Source: Chara braunii (taxonomy: Eukaryota; Plantae; Charophyceae). From it: a stretch of 64,000 bases of DNA. The notes below the pieces were generated by a model. That model saw nothing but the letters and a program-made list of their open reading frames with translations, did no database searches and was not told the origin of the DNA. Below are positions 38,385-49,649 of the stretch, one piece after another. The DNA lies in the NCBI GenBank assembly GCA_003427395.1, contig BFEA01000008.1, positions 7,413,718 through 7,477,717 of the forward strand. The letters are read 5' to 3'. A program made the translations under genes and the position numbers. Position 1 is the stretch's first letter; the number at the start of each line of letters is the position of its first letter.

Positions 38385-41300
38385 ACAAGGCTCCAATCTA
38401 TTCGTGGGGAGCAGCACGTGCTGGGAACCGGGCCCAGCGTGCCATTTGAAGGTTGACATAGAATTCTGAAAGAATTTTGAAAGTTTAGGATCCCGGTGCT
38501 AAGAAGAATTTGATGTACTGAGAAAATCACTACAGAAACTTCAAAATAGGCAAAATTCGGAAAACAACTCAGACACCCCCCATCATATCCTCTTTACCTT
38601 ACTCCGGCAAGACTTGCTGCAGCAGAGCCACATCTCCACTGCTGCTGTACCCTATTTCCATCCTACAAGCTAGCCCCCTCACTAGTAGGACGCTTGATAT
38701 CCAACCATCTATTCATCCCACTCAACCTCTTTTTCGGAAAAAAGCCCCACAGAACAATCCTGCCTCCATCATTGAAGGGAAGAAACGGAGACTGATCCCG
38801 GTGAAGTTAGCGGCCAGTGGCCGGTACCCGCCGAAATTTCAGCGCCAATCGCATCCACTACCAACTTCCTCCTTCCCAATCACCTCNGTCCTTCCCAACT
38901 CCGTCNTCGNGAAGAACTTCAGAGANCCTCTTCTCCGCGGGGGCCGAGCACCATCATCACCCTGACATTCTTTGCCCCCACAAGAATCCCAGTCTCCGTC
39001 GTCGAGGTGGTGAACTAGCACTACCCAAAGCCAATCGCGCCAGAGTTCACTCTCATCAGCCGGTACCCATCGGCCAGCTTAAACTACCTGACGCCAATCG
39101 CATATGATAAGAGGCCCCTATAGCTGGTACCCATCGAGCAGCCCTATTTCCTCCCCCTCTCCGTCCTTGTAAAGAATCATTTGATGCCCCTGGCCCCTTA
39201 CTTCAAAGCAGGTCCCCAAAAGCTCCACAAGATGCCCCGTTAGTTTTTTTTATGGGAGAAAATTGAGATGCCGGAGCCATTACCCGGCCTTGGCTACAAA
39301 ACAACTTCTGACGACTTCTGACGACTTAACAAACCTCTGACAAACCTCTGACGAAATATAGAACAAAAATAGGAAACCAGCAAACCCTGAAACAGACGAC
39401 CTGAAAGATTCCGCCTCCATCATCGAAGGGAAGAACCTTATTCACCTTCCCTACTCCATCCTCGTAAGGAGCCCAGAAAATAACTTATCTCAGCAGGGGG
39501 CAAGCACCATCATCACCCTGAAATTCCTTGCCCCCACAAGAATTTCAGTCTCCGTCATCAAGGAAGTGAACAACACTGCCCAACGCCAATCGTGCTAAAG
39601 GTCGCCCTCAACAGCCTGTACCCATTGGACAGCCTAACTACCCAACGCCAATCGCATCTGTTAAGGGCTCCTCCAAGCCGGTACTCATTGAACAATCATA
39701 TTTTACCCCCTCTCTATTCTTGCAAAGAATCCTTTGATGCCTTTCACCTCCTACTTCAAAACAAGAAAACCCCAGACCCTATGAGATATTTCATTTGACC
39801 ATCTCATGAGCCCCCCGTTCAGAATTTTGTCGATAATCTAACGAGTTGAATTAGGTCAAATTAAGAACGTAGGAATTCAATTGCAAAACAAGGGAATTAA
39901 ATTTATACAAGATATATTATTTAAGAAAAGGGATACGAGATAATACGAATTTAGAATTAGGTATTCAAAAAATATGTTCAAATCATATTTCGAACCTCTA
40001 CCATGGAAAAATTTAAGAAGAAAATCAAAGATAGATCAGAAATATTCGAAAGGGTTTGAGAATGGCACTAAACAAAAACGATTATGTAAATTGAGAACTG
40101 AAAAATCCTTGTTGAGAAAATTATAACTTACGAGTTTCAGATTATGACTCTTGCTCACGAAATACAAGTATTAAGAACCCTACAAAACACGAATTCCACA
40201 TTAAGGATCAATTACGAGATCTCATGAATCAAATTTAACCAAAACTAGACATAACAGAGGAGACAACCACAACTCAGAAAAAATTAGGGAAGAATCATGA
40301 CGAATCAAAAAATTCACAATTGACAGCAATTTCATATTATAAGACAACCTGGCCATGCGCGAGTTGAATCATGATCCAGATCCAATAGAGAACAACCTCC
40401 CGTCCCTTCTACCTCAACCAAGCCACTTACCTCACGCCCCTCAAACCCTACCCCTGCGTCTCTGGGGGAGGAAAACGTTCGTCCTCCCACTGTTGACATC
40501 ACGACTCAAAGCAAAACAAACACCAAAGACTTGAAAGGTCATCCTCAATCCCCCAAAGGAGATCGAAAATAGTGTAGCACCCCCTCGCCAAGCCTGTTGA
40601 CGAGTCGCCACAGGGGGTTCAAGACCACCTAAACTCTACCCATACCATACCGTCGAGGAAGAAGGGGGGGTTTCAGAAATAAGGACGACCAAATTTGCCC
40701 CTTCCTCCTCTCCCTACCTTACCACCCATGATTATTCCCCATCACTACCCAACACATCCCATCTCCTCCCGCAAGCCACCATACCCCGCCGTCCGCCTCA
40801 TCGCCAACTCTCCCGTGAGTATCCTTCACTCACCTTGCATCCACCTTGCATCTTCACCCACCGCGTTGCCTGAGTCTTCGATAGATCCCACGTCGTGCCG
40901 CCGCGTTGCCTGACTCTTCGATAGGTCCCGCGTCACGCCTCTTCATCTCCGAAATTGCTCCAACGGGGGCGCAACGCTCCCGGTCGCGCTGCGCCCCCCT
41001 CTCCGTCATTCCCGAACCAGGGCCATGCTGGTGTATCTGAGAATATATGCCCATGCGGACGCGCCCATTCTGCTGCATTTGTACCTGGCCTAAACAACTA
41101 GCCGTTGGGTCTGGTGGGGTCTAAACGAGGCCTATCGGACCCTAAACTAAACCGACGGTTCGTAGGCCTACCTGGACCTAGCTGGGACCATCGTGACCTG
41201 GTACCTAGGCCTAATCTGTGCTGATTACAAAACCGGGCCCTAACTGGGGCCCGTGTGGTATCAGTATGCCACATTAGGGCTCTGCCATCTCTTCTTCTTC

Positions 41301-43318
41301 TTCTTCTTCTTCTTCTTATAATTGCACTATGGGCCAAGATACAGTTTGCAATTGCACTTCGGGCACCCTACCTGGCCCGAACGCTAGGTTGTATACATTG
41401 CCCCAACTGCAATTACAAACTGTATCTTGGCCCATACTGCAAATTCTGCAATTATAACTCGTTTTGTGACCCCCGCATAGTTTTCCCCTTTAAAGAAACA
41501 AGAAGAAAAAAAAAAAGAACAAGCTCCTAAGTACTGCTCAAAAGTACTGCTCAAAATTCCCATAGTTGCTCATAGCTTCGTGTCTCAATATCGTTTAATA
41601 GTGTTTTTTTATTTGGTTGTTTCCTGATAGTCGACTTGACTTTGTACTACTTGTTTGTCTTTCCTATGTCGTAATCCTTGATGATGACGATTTAATTTAG
41701 TGCCTTCTGATTGGGTGTATTACTCATTAATCTAATTCCAAAAATCCTTTATGGATATCTAAACCTAAATTTCATATAATTTCTCGGGAATTTTGCCATT
41801 TAGTAGCTTTCTTTAATCATTGATCTTATCTATGGTCTAAATTGTTTTTTTGATTTCTGATATTCGTAAATTCATTTCTGATCTCCGATGCCTAAAAGTA
41901 GGCTTCTGAAGTATTTTTCAAAAAAAATAAAACCCGCGTCTGCTAATCTAAATACCGTGCGGTAAATTTTGATTCGGATTGTTTTTCTTCTGTTTGCTAA
42001 TCTCAACCTCCTGGTCTTGAGTGGTATAATTGTGGCTTGCTGTGTATATCTGTGGGGGCTTCCTAGAGGGTTGGAGCCTGCCCCCGTGAGGGTTTCACAA
42101 GGTGAGAGGTGTTATTCTTGAAGGGGGGAGGCGGTATTGGGGGATTGTCGTCTCTTAGCCAAACTGATTTAGGGTCGGATCAGTACTGGCGGGTGGGGAG
42201 AGAAGGCAAGGGGGTGGCTGCTTATAACAAAGTGTTAGGATTTTGTTTTTTGAGGGAAGGAGTGACTTCGATGGCTACACAATGAGATCAAGTGAGTTCT
42301 GGTACGAGGACTGGGGAGGGTTGTGGTGCCCTGTTACCCTAGCAGAAGGGGGTATGAGATCAAGTGAGTTCTGGTACGAGGACTGAAAGCCTGGAACGAC
42401 GCCCCATCTGTTGGAAGGGGGAATCTAGGATAGTAGGCAGTTTTAGTCTCGCCCCCCCCGCTCTTATATTCTTCTAAAGCTTTTCGAATGTTCCAAAAAG
42501 AGTTGGGTGCTTAGTGGTCCTAGGAATGTTTTTTAGGACTCAAGGATCCCTACTAACTCGTCTTAGGTGACTTCAGTGCAGTTATACTCAGTGATATGTG
42601 GTTGTTCGATGCCAGAACGACGCTGACCGGTGCTGGGGTGTTGCCCTGTAACCTGCGATGCAGGAGCGTGAGGTCTGGTAGAAAGATCAGGGGATGTCTT
42701 GGGGTGGGCTTTCCATGGGACAACAAAGGGTTGCTGTCGGGACGATGTTGGTCGGAGATGGGGTGAGTTGCGTTGCCCTGTAACCCAATAGAAAGTGGGG
42801 GTGTGAGACCTAGAAGAGATCGACAGGGAGTTTGTGTGGGATTTCGAGGTTTTTTGAACAATCGTAGGACCTCTGTGGCCTATTCTCATGCTTCTTGAAC
42901 GACGGTAAGAGTTCTTAGGTACCTCAAAAAGAGAATAAGGTGAGTGGGAGAAGATGGTGGGTTATCACGCGTCCTACCAGTGAGGGGGCTAGCTGGTAGG
43001 ATGGGAGCATGGCATAGCAGCAGCAGAGATGGTGGCTCCGCTGCAGTCAGTCTTGCCGGAGTGAGGTAAAGTGGATTGATGGGGGTTCTTCTGAGTCGTT
43101 TCTGAAAGTTTGCTTAATCATGAAGTTGTCGTAGACATGTCTGAAGTAGCTCCAATTTCTCCAAGCCAAAGCCGGGTAATGGCCCCGGTATCTCAATTTT
43201 CAAAATTCCATCCTTAGGCCAATTAGATTTTTCTAGTAGTTCCTTGTCTCATTTTCATGAAATTTTTCGACGAGTTTTCTGAACGTACTCGTTATGGGAC
43301 GCTGGGCCCGGTTCTAGG
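38385..43318. mobile_element. ~4.9-kb non-coding foldback-like element with long modular inverted repeats
   Basis: gaaccgggcccagcgtgcca (~38425) inverted at ~43295-43314; 38575-38702 inverted at 42960-43086; 39260-39295 inverted at 43164-43200. Internal diverged duplication 38760-39230 / 39410-39780. Confidence 0.65.
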
Positions 43319-43730
43319 TACGGGTTGTGCGGGCAGGTATTTTCCTCCCGTAAAGGACCAGGCAGATCTGTGGGTTTCGGAAACGGGACTTTTACGAGTG
43401 GGACTGCCGAAAAAGGGTGAGTCCAGGTAGTGTATCGGTTCACTGGTACCAAGGGTAGTTTAGCAGTATACGAGTATATATTCAATTCGTCTAGTTATGT
43501 TTCTTATTTTAGCCAGGTTAGACCCCTGATGATGCCAGACTGGCGAATGGTAGAAACCGGTCGAGTCCTTCGCCAGATGAGTGCGCTATTTTCGACGAAT
43601 TTTTCAAAGCGCCACCTGCGCTCGGAGTTGTTTGTCTTTTGGTCTATGTCTGCCATGTCGTGTGTCTTGACTTTGTCTTAACCTTGCGGTGTGTTGTAGT
43701 GCGACTTAGCACTGTTATTCTTGTAACTAC
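43319..43730 (+). repeat. 5' pseudo-LTR of element B
   Basis: Direct repeat of 48833-49244. Confidence 0.95.
43521..43575 (+). ncRNA. Minimal type I hammerhead ribozyme (B, 5' pseudo-LTR)
   Basis: gaccc CUGAUGA ugccag acuggcga auggua GAAA ccgg UC gaguc cu ucgcca. Confidence 0.85.
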
Positions 43731-43737
43731 TTGCATG

Positions 43738-43777
43738 CACACAATAACCGGCGTAGCAATAGTACTACGATCGTGTG
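43738..43777 (+). other. Conserved leader hairpin motif of element B
   Basis: cacac aataaccgg CGTAG caatagta CTACG atc gtgtg. Confidence 0.7.
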
Positions 43778-43887
43778 GCTGTGCTCGACCACTTGTTTGT
43801 TATTTGATATTCATTACTCTTATTCGTATTCATTATTCGCTACTCATTATTTGTTATTCGTTATTCATTATTCTCTGATTCGTCCTA

Positions 43888-44709
43888 TTGCTAATTATAT
43901 ATTCTTATCAACCAAGAGGTCCGTGTCACTATTGTCACCAGCACGGACACTGGATTCGAGATTGTCAGCTTCGCATCAATAATGAGGCCAATGGCCAAGG
44001 AGGTAACAACGACAATTACGGAGGCAATGGTGCCTCGTCGTTTTCTACGAATGGCGCTCCGATTTTGGCGACACCAAATGCAACGGCTTCAAATGCAGCG
44101 GCTCCAAACAACGGTCAACAAGTGCATCAAAGTGGGCAGCAAAGTACGTACCAACAGCCGCCGAGGAGACCGTGGCAAGGAGGTTATCGAGAGCAAGGAG
44201 GCTATCGTGAACAAGGTGGTTACCGAGGGAAAGATGATCGTTTCGAGAAGATGCGGGGCTTCGTGAGTAAAGAGATGGAGGAGAAGGAGCGTTTGGCGAA
44301 GGAGAGAGATAGAAAGCAGAAGGAAGAGGAGGAGAGAAAGAGGCAACAAGAGCATGATGAGAAGAAGCAGAAGGAGCAGCATGAGAAGATGGATTTTCAA
44401 GCGAACTTGGGAAAGTTGATTAAAGGTTCGATGACTGAAGTCTGCGAATCGATCTTGGGCAAGAAGGTTGCACCTACGGAGAACGTTTGCGCCGAGATTA
44501 GTACTGAGCTTCGGAGGCAAGCGATAGCTGCTGGCAAGAAGCCAGTTCGGGAGGCCAGTCAAGAGTCAGAAACTGAACGATTGAGGAGAGAAAATGAGGA
44601 GATGAAGATTGCTTGCAAATCAGCCTGGCAGACAAGGAAATCGATTCGTTGAAGCAAGATAATATCACGCTCTCGAAAGGGATTAACGAGCTACGAGAGG
44701 AGGTCAACG
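43888..44709 (+). pseudogene. Gag-like ORF1 of element B, N-terminal part
   Basis: CHYCHQHGHWIRDC (43924-43965); KDDRFEKMRGFVSKEMEEKERL matches A's KNDKVDKMWSWMSQEMEERDRI. Frameshift near 44620, after which EIDSLKQDN matches A's EFTSLKLDN. Confidence 0.85.
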
Positions 44710-45435
44710 CTCTGAGCTTCCTCAAATCTCTACAAGTCAAAGCCAATTCACCACAATACTGATCATTACGAAAAATACCTGCACTCGGAGAGCGTTCCTA
44801 GCAATCGGAGATTCCATCAGCATGGTTACCAGGTTCACCCTCCGCAATATCAACGGATTGGTTGTCGTCATCCCCGTCCTCCTTCTCTTCTTCGATGACT
44901 AATCTTCGTCTCAATCGTAGAAACGCCACCGTACCATATTTTTCCGCCAAATCGGCCGCAGATCCTCGTATAAGGAAGACCCTCTTCAAGACGTAACTTC
45001 TCAATCTCATTTTTTTGTAGTTTGCTCAACTCCATAAACACCCTCTTCGTGAACGTCGGCCTGGTCTCATCTGCACGCTTTTCGAAACGTACAGTCGGCC
45101 AACTGCTTTCCGCCTCCGTGTCTTCATCTTCTGGCTCGTCGGCTGACTGGGCCATCTTCTTTCGGAGATTAGTAGGTTGCACACTTCTTAGTGGAAATCT
45201 CCTCCTGACAACCGGTGGTGACGTCCGAATCTTCAGTCTGTTGATACGTTCCTTCAGGGCCGCAACTTCCCTTTCGGCATAATCCTTATCATCAAGTAAC
45301 TTCCTGTAGGCATCTGCCATCTTGGCGATGTCTCCTGGAGTAAGATCACGATCAGCAACCCTCAGTTTGACCTGCGCCGGCTCCACCGGCGGACTCTTCT
45401 CGGTAACAACCTCAACACTTCTCTTCTCCCCTCCT
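44710..45435 (-). pseudogene. Inverted segment of B: ORF1 C-terminus, TAG and start of the EN-RT frame
   Basis: TPGDIAKMADAYRKLLDDKDYAEREVAALKERIN matches A's TPGDYVKLAEAYRRLRDDKDMAEREVQALKERVN. ELALTCRDLRKLRA matches A's ELALVCRDAREIRS. Confidence 0.85.
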
Positions 45436-45439
45436 CGTT

Positions 45440-48400
45440 TTGGAAAGAAGGTAAGCATGAAATCTTCTTTAGATTAGTTGTCTTGCTCTTGACCCTTGGC
45501 TGTCAGATTCCTTGGCTAGTTAAGTTTCCTCCGTTTATCTCTTCTCTTCTTTCTGGTGGATATGATATCGCTCACTGTCCTGGTCCGGTTATTTATGCAC
45601 TAGTCTCTCCATGGTGTAAACATGTTTACATCAGGTGCACATCTAGAAGTTCAGATGTTAGGTGGAGGGAGCATCTTCAGAGAGCTAAAGAAGGATGTTC
45701 AGCGAAAGTTATTGATGGATGAGAATTCACGGTATTTCCGACTATATTGCTATTCCGCTTGTTGTTTCTACCTTCCCTGATCTTCTTGCCTTGGAATCGT
45801 TCTTTATTCGGAGGTTCTCACCTTTTCTCAATTCCAAAGTTCTATCTCATAAGAATCATCGGGCTTGCCGACCCGGAAGAAGAGAACGTCGTAAGCAAAG
45901 GAATCGTGATGGCTGCTCCACCATTGGTTCATATTCTATTTCCAAGAAATCTCCTATTTCTTTCTGCTCTTCATTAGGACTTTCCTCTGTTAGTTTAATT
46001 TCAATTATGGATCATGCATTTAAATTGAAGGAGTCGAGCTTCAGTATTTTGTGCCAAGGGGGTCGTGAATTTTGTGAAAAATGGAAAGTTGTTAAGAGAC
46101 TGTATGGATCTTCAGTTATCAGGTCGACCGTAGGCCTTGAGCTGCTGAAAAATTGTCGTGAATGGTTTGTTGAGGCGAATAAAGTTCGTGTGGAGAAATT
46201 GTCTCGTTTTTGCTCAAGGTTTGTTGAGTCGAAAGCCTTGCTCGCTAGGCTGTTGTCTAAACCAAAGACAAGGAAATAATTGTACCGTTTATCACTGGAT
46301 CGGCTAGTGAGGCTGTATTCGTGTATCAGGATTTTTTCGCGAAAACAAACGAGAACTTCGCTTCGCTGTATCATTGGGAGGGTAATCAAGAATAAGTTCT
46401 GTATTAAAATTAGGATTAGACCGGTTATTAGGATTGCCTATGACTGTGAGATCTCAAAGAGCAAGGTCAAAAGTTTGTTCATAGAGACAGTAAGAAAGTC
46501 GTCTGTCAGGAAGCCTATTCAGGATATTATTTGTCGGAAGGTCAAGGTGGGCTGGACTAAAAACAAGTCAGTCAGTGACATTTTGTTTAATTTTAGACCC
46601 TTCTCTAGGTTATCTCAGCTTTCATGTGTATGCGTGGATTCGGATTTCCTAAGAGTGGGAGCGCATGTTGCTTTTCGGCTAAGTGAATTTGAGGGCATTT
46701 CTTCTTTTTTGCATAATTTCAAAAATATCCCATCACCAAGTCTTAAGTCCGATCTACATAAGGTCAAGAAGGCTATTCTGAGTTGTTTGGAGGAAGTACA
46801 ATCTGATACTAGGCTTTTTTCTAGATATGAAGCCGGACTTAGAAACTGTATTAATGCGAGAACTGGAGAAGAGAGGGATTGGTTTGACCACAGACTAGTT
46901 TTACAGTGGAAGAAGAAGTTTGAGAAGTATGTGATTTGCCCTATAGAGCATAATATTGGTGATACATTGGTTTGCTGTCCATCCTTTTATGAGTTGGGAA
47001 TGTAGAAGCTTTTTCTTAACAGTAGCGATTTTTAGAGGGAAAATGAGACGGAGGATGTAGTTATTAAAAGAATGTCGTAGTTGTACGAGAAGGAGGACTT
47101 TAAGACTATAACGAGATTTGATGGTAAAGATGCTTTAGGTAAGGTCTACTGTATCCCAAAACATAAAGACATTTGTCGTTGGCGCCCTATATGTCCCTCC
47201 CATTCTGATCCCACTACCAGAGTTCGTCGAGTTGTCTCTAAGGCGGTCAACTGTCTTCTCTGGTCCCTTCCATCGTCTTTTCACTTTAATCTCAGAGCTA
47301 CCAAGGATCTCAGGACTAGGATTGAGGAGATTAATGAGATCATCAGTAAAAAAAGAAAGGTAATTGCCGCTAGCTACGATGTTAAAGAGATGTTCTGCCC
47401 TCTCCCTCACTCGTCTATCGTTAAGGCAGTAAAATGGGTAGTAGCGATGTATGAAGAAAAATGGTTCTCTGAGGTTATGTATAAAAGAAATGGGAGAGGG
47501 GTTGTCCTCTTCAGAAGGAGAACCGTTCCCGAAGGATGGGGACGATTGAAGTTTAATAAGCTGCTAAGTTTCGTCGGTTTTTATTTATCCTGTACTTACG
47601 TTTATGCTATGGGAGTTATTTTGAGACAGAAGATTGGTATCCCTATGGGTAAACCCTCCAGCCCCGCTCTCGCATGTCTTTTATGTGCCTTTAATGAGTA
47701 TGAATTTCTTGCTAGTTTAGGTTCTTCCATATTTTTTTTCATGAGGTTAGGCTAGTTGACGATGTTTCAGTTTTTACGAGCTATAATCCGAGTGACGAAA
47801 GGTCCAGACGGGGTGCCGAAGAAAGTATTCAAAGATTTAGTACGTCGTATGATAGAGAATTGATGTTAGAGAGAACTAGCGAAGGTTGTGAATGGGACTA
47901 CTGAGGCTGTACAACAGAAAAATTCCCACGAAAAATGAAAGTTGAAAAAACATTCCATAAAAAAAAAATCCTTCATATTTATAAATTATCATTCCAATGT
48001 TCGTCCAATTCTAAAATTTTCAGTTTTATTTGATAAGTTCCCGTCTAAATATGAGCTTTCCCTTCCAACTACATCTATTTGTTCAAGATGGAATGAAAGT
48101 CTGGATGAGTTTATGAAATGTTTTAATTAAATTTCCATTCTTCTCCAACAAATATCTTCTAATTTAGATTGGATTAACCTATTTATGATTGAAAATCCTT
48201 ACTTAGAATGACAGTCCAATTAAAATATTTCATGAACTCATCCAGACTTTCATTCCATCTCTAGTATGTAGTCTAAATAAGAAGGGATACCCTATTCTTG
48301 GAATGAAAGTTTGCAAGTAAGATGAAAAATTTTAAAATTGGAATGACATTTTTAAAGATGGAATGAAAATTTAAAATTTAGATTGTAATTTTACTATAGA

Positions 48401-48944
48401 ATGATTATTTAATTCGGGAAAATTTTTCCGTTGTATCTTGAAGGTATTTCAGAACCCAGCGAGGATCATGTGTGCTGCAACGCACAAGAACGAGAGAACC
48501 ATTTTGGAACAAGGCATTGTTTTTCAGAACTTGCAGGATTACTTGTCGTTTTTGCCCAAGCAACAAAAGATGGCGGTTTTGGGTGCTTTCTTGCATAGGT
48601 TGAAGGATTTGAACTGCATGCCTGGCTCTGATTTATGTTTCCTGTTTACGCTGAAGATTGAGTTAGGGATAAGAGGTTTTCCAGACGAATTTTTTGACCG
48701 AGTATTAAGTACATTGTCTGTAAGATTTAACAATAGATGGCAAAGATGGGTACGCTGCCTTACTGGATGGTCCAGAAGGTATGAGGTGAGACGCCTAGAT
48801 ACTAAGTATATTGTGGACACTGCGGAGGCAGATACGGGTTGTGCGGGCAGGTATTTTCCTCCCGTAAAGGACCAGGCAGATCTGTGGGTTTCGGAAACGG
48901 GACTTTTACGAGTGGAACTGCCGAAAAAGGGTGGGTCCAGGTAG
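45440..48944 (+). pseudogene. GIY-YIG - CxC - reverse transcriptase polyprotein of element B (disrupted)
   Basis: VIYALVSPWCKHVYI...RWREH; SCVC (CVC 46625-46633) followed by H; YCIPKHKDICRWRPI, SYDVKEMF, RQKIGIPMGKPSSP, LVDD (47752-47763). Confidence 0.9.
47912..48433. mobile_element. 522-bp AT-rich MITE with TA target duplication inserted in the RT of element B
   Basis: TIR caacagaaaaatt / aatttttccgttg; TA at 47910-47911 and 48434-48435. Removal restores WDY*GCILKVFQNPARIMC, matching A's WDFLGCVVKVFRDPCRILC. Confidence 0.9.
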
Positions 48945-49244
48945 TGTATCAATTCACTGGTACCGAGGGTAGTTTAACAGTATACGAGTATATATTCAAT
49001 TCGTCTAGTTATGTTTCTCATTCCAGTCAGGTTAGACCCCTGATGACGCTAGAATGGCGACTGGTAGAAACCGGTCGGGTCCTTCGCCAGATGAGTGTGC
49101 TATTTTCGACGAATTTTTCAAAGCGCCACCTGCGCTCGGAGTTGTTTGTCTTTTCGTCTATGTCTGCCGTGTCGTGTGTCTTGACTATGTTTCGACCTTG
49201 CGGTGTGTTGTAGTGCGACTTAGCACTGTCATTCTTGTTACTAC
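48833..49244 (+). repeat. 3' pseudo-LTR of element B
   Basis: Direct repeat of 43319-43730; overlaps the end of the RT frame. Confidence 0.95.
49035..49089 (+). ncRNA. Minimal type I hammerhead ribozyme (B, 3' pseudo-LTR)
   Basis: gaccc CUGAUGA cgcuag aauggcga cuggua GAAA ccgg UC ggguc cu ucgcca. Perfect stem I, intact core, GUC triplet. Confidence 0.9.
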
Positions 49245-49286
49245 CGGTTCCGAGTTTGTGCCAATTGGTGAGGATATGGTTGTATC

Positions 49287-49649
49287 CTGTGTAGCACACT
49301 GAACATGTTTGGCGCCCTACCGAGCAGCCGAACGTGTTCGGGCGCTCGGCCGAGCGCGAACCGAACATGTTCGGCCGAGCACATCCTCGTGTGTGTGTGG
49401 TTTGTGGGGTATATGTGGGGTGTTTGTGGGGTGTCTGGGGTGTGTGTGTATGGTGTGTGTGTATGTGTATGTTTAGGAGTCATGAGCGATGCCCCCCAGG
49501 GCCCCCCAACCCCTATATATATAAAAAAAAAAAAAAAAAAAAAAATAATAATAATAAAAATATTCGAGATCGGTCTATTTTGGGTCACGTTCGGGCTCGG
49601 TACCGAGCGTTCGGGTTCGGTCACCGAGCCCGAGCGCGATGCTACGCAG
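49287..49649. mobile_element. Non-autonomous hAT-like element with 8-bp target duplication
   Basis: gttgtatc at 49279-49286 and 49650-49657; TIR ctgtgtagca / tgctacgcag; subterminal ccgaRc/gttcgg repeats. Confidence 0.8.

Larger units (their letters stand above)
43319..49244 (+). mobile_element. Penelope-like retroelement B (same family as A); decayed, with internal inversion and MITE insertion
   Basis: 412-bp direct repeats 43319-43730 and 48833-49244. Order is CCHC ORF1, GIY-YIG, CxC, RT. Possible target duplication ccggttc (43308-43314 and 49244-49250). Confidence 0.9.

Noticed and set aside
41256-41264. tggtatcag as a tRNA-Met primer binding site
   Set aside because: Only a 9-nt match, not preceded by an LTR ending in CA, and no gag-pol follows.
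45440-48944. In-frame stops as selenocysteine or recoded codons
   Set aside because: The stops are a mix of TAA, TAG and TGA, come with frameshifts, and are not shared with A; ordinary decay.
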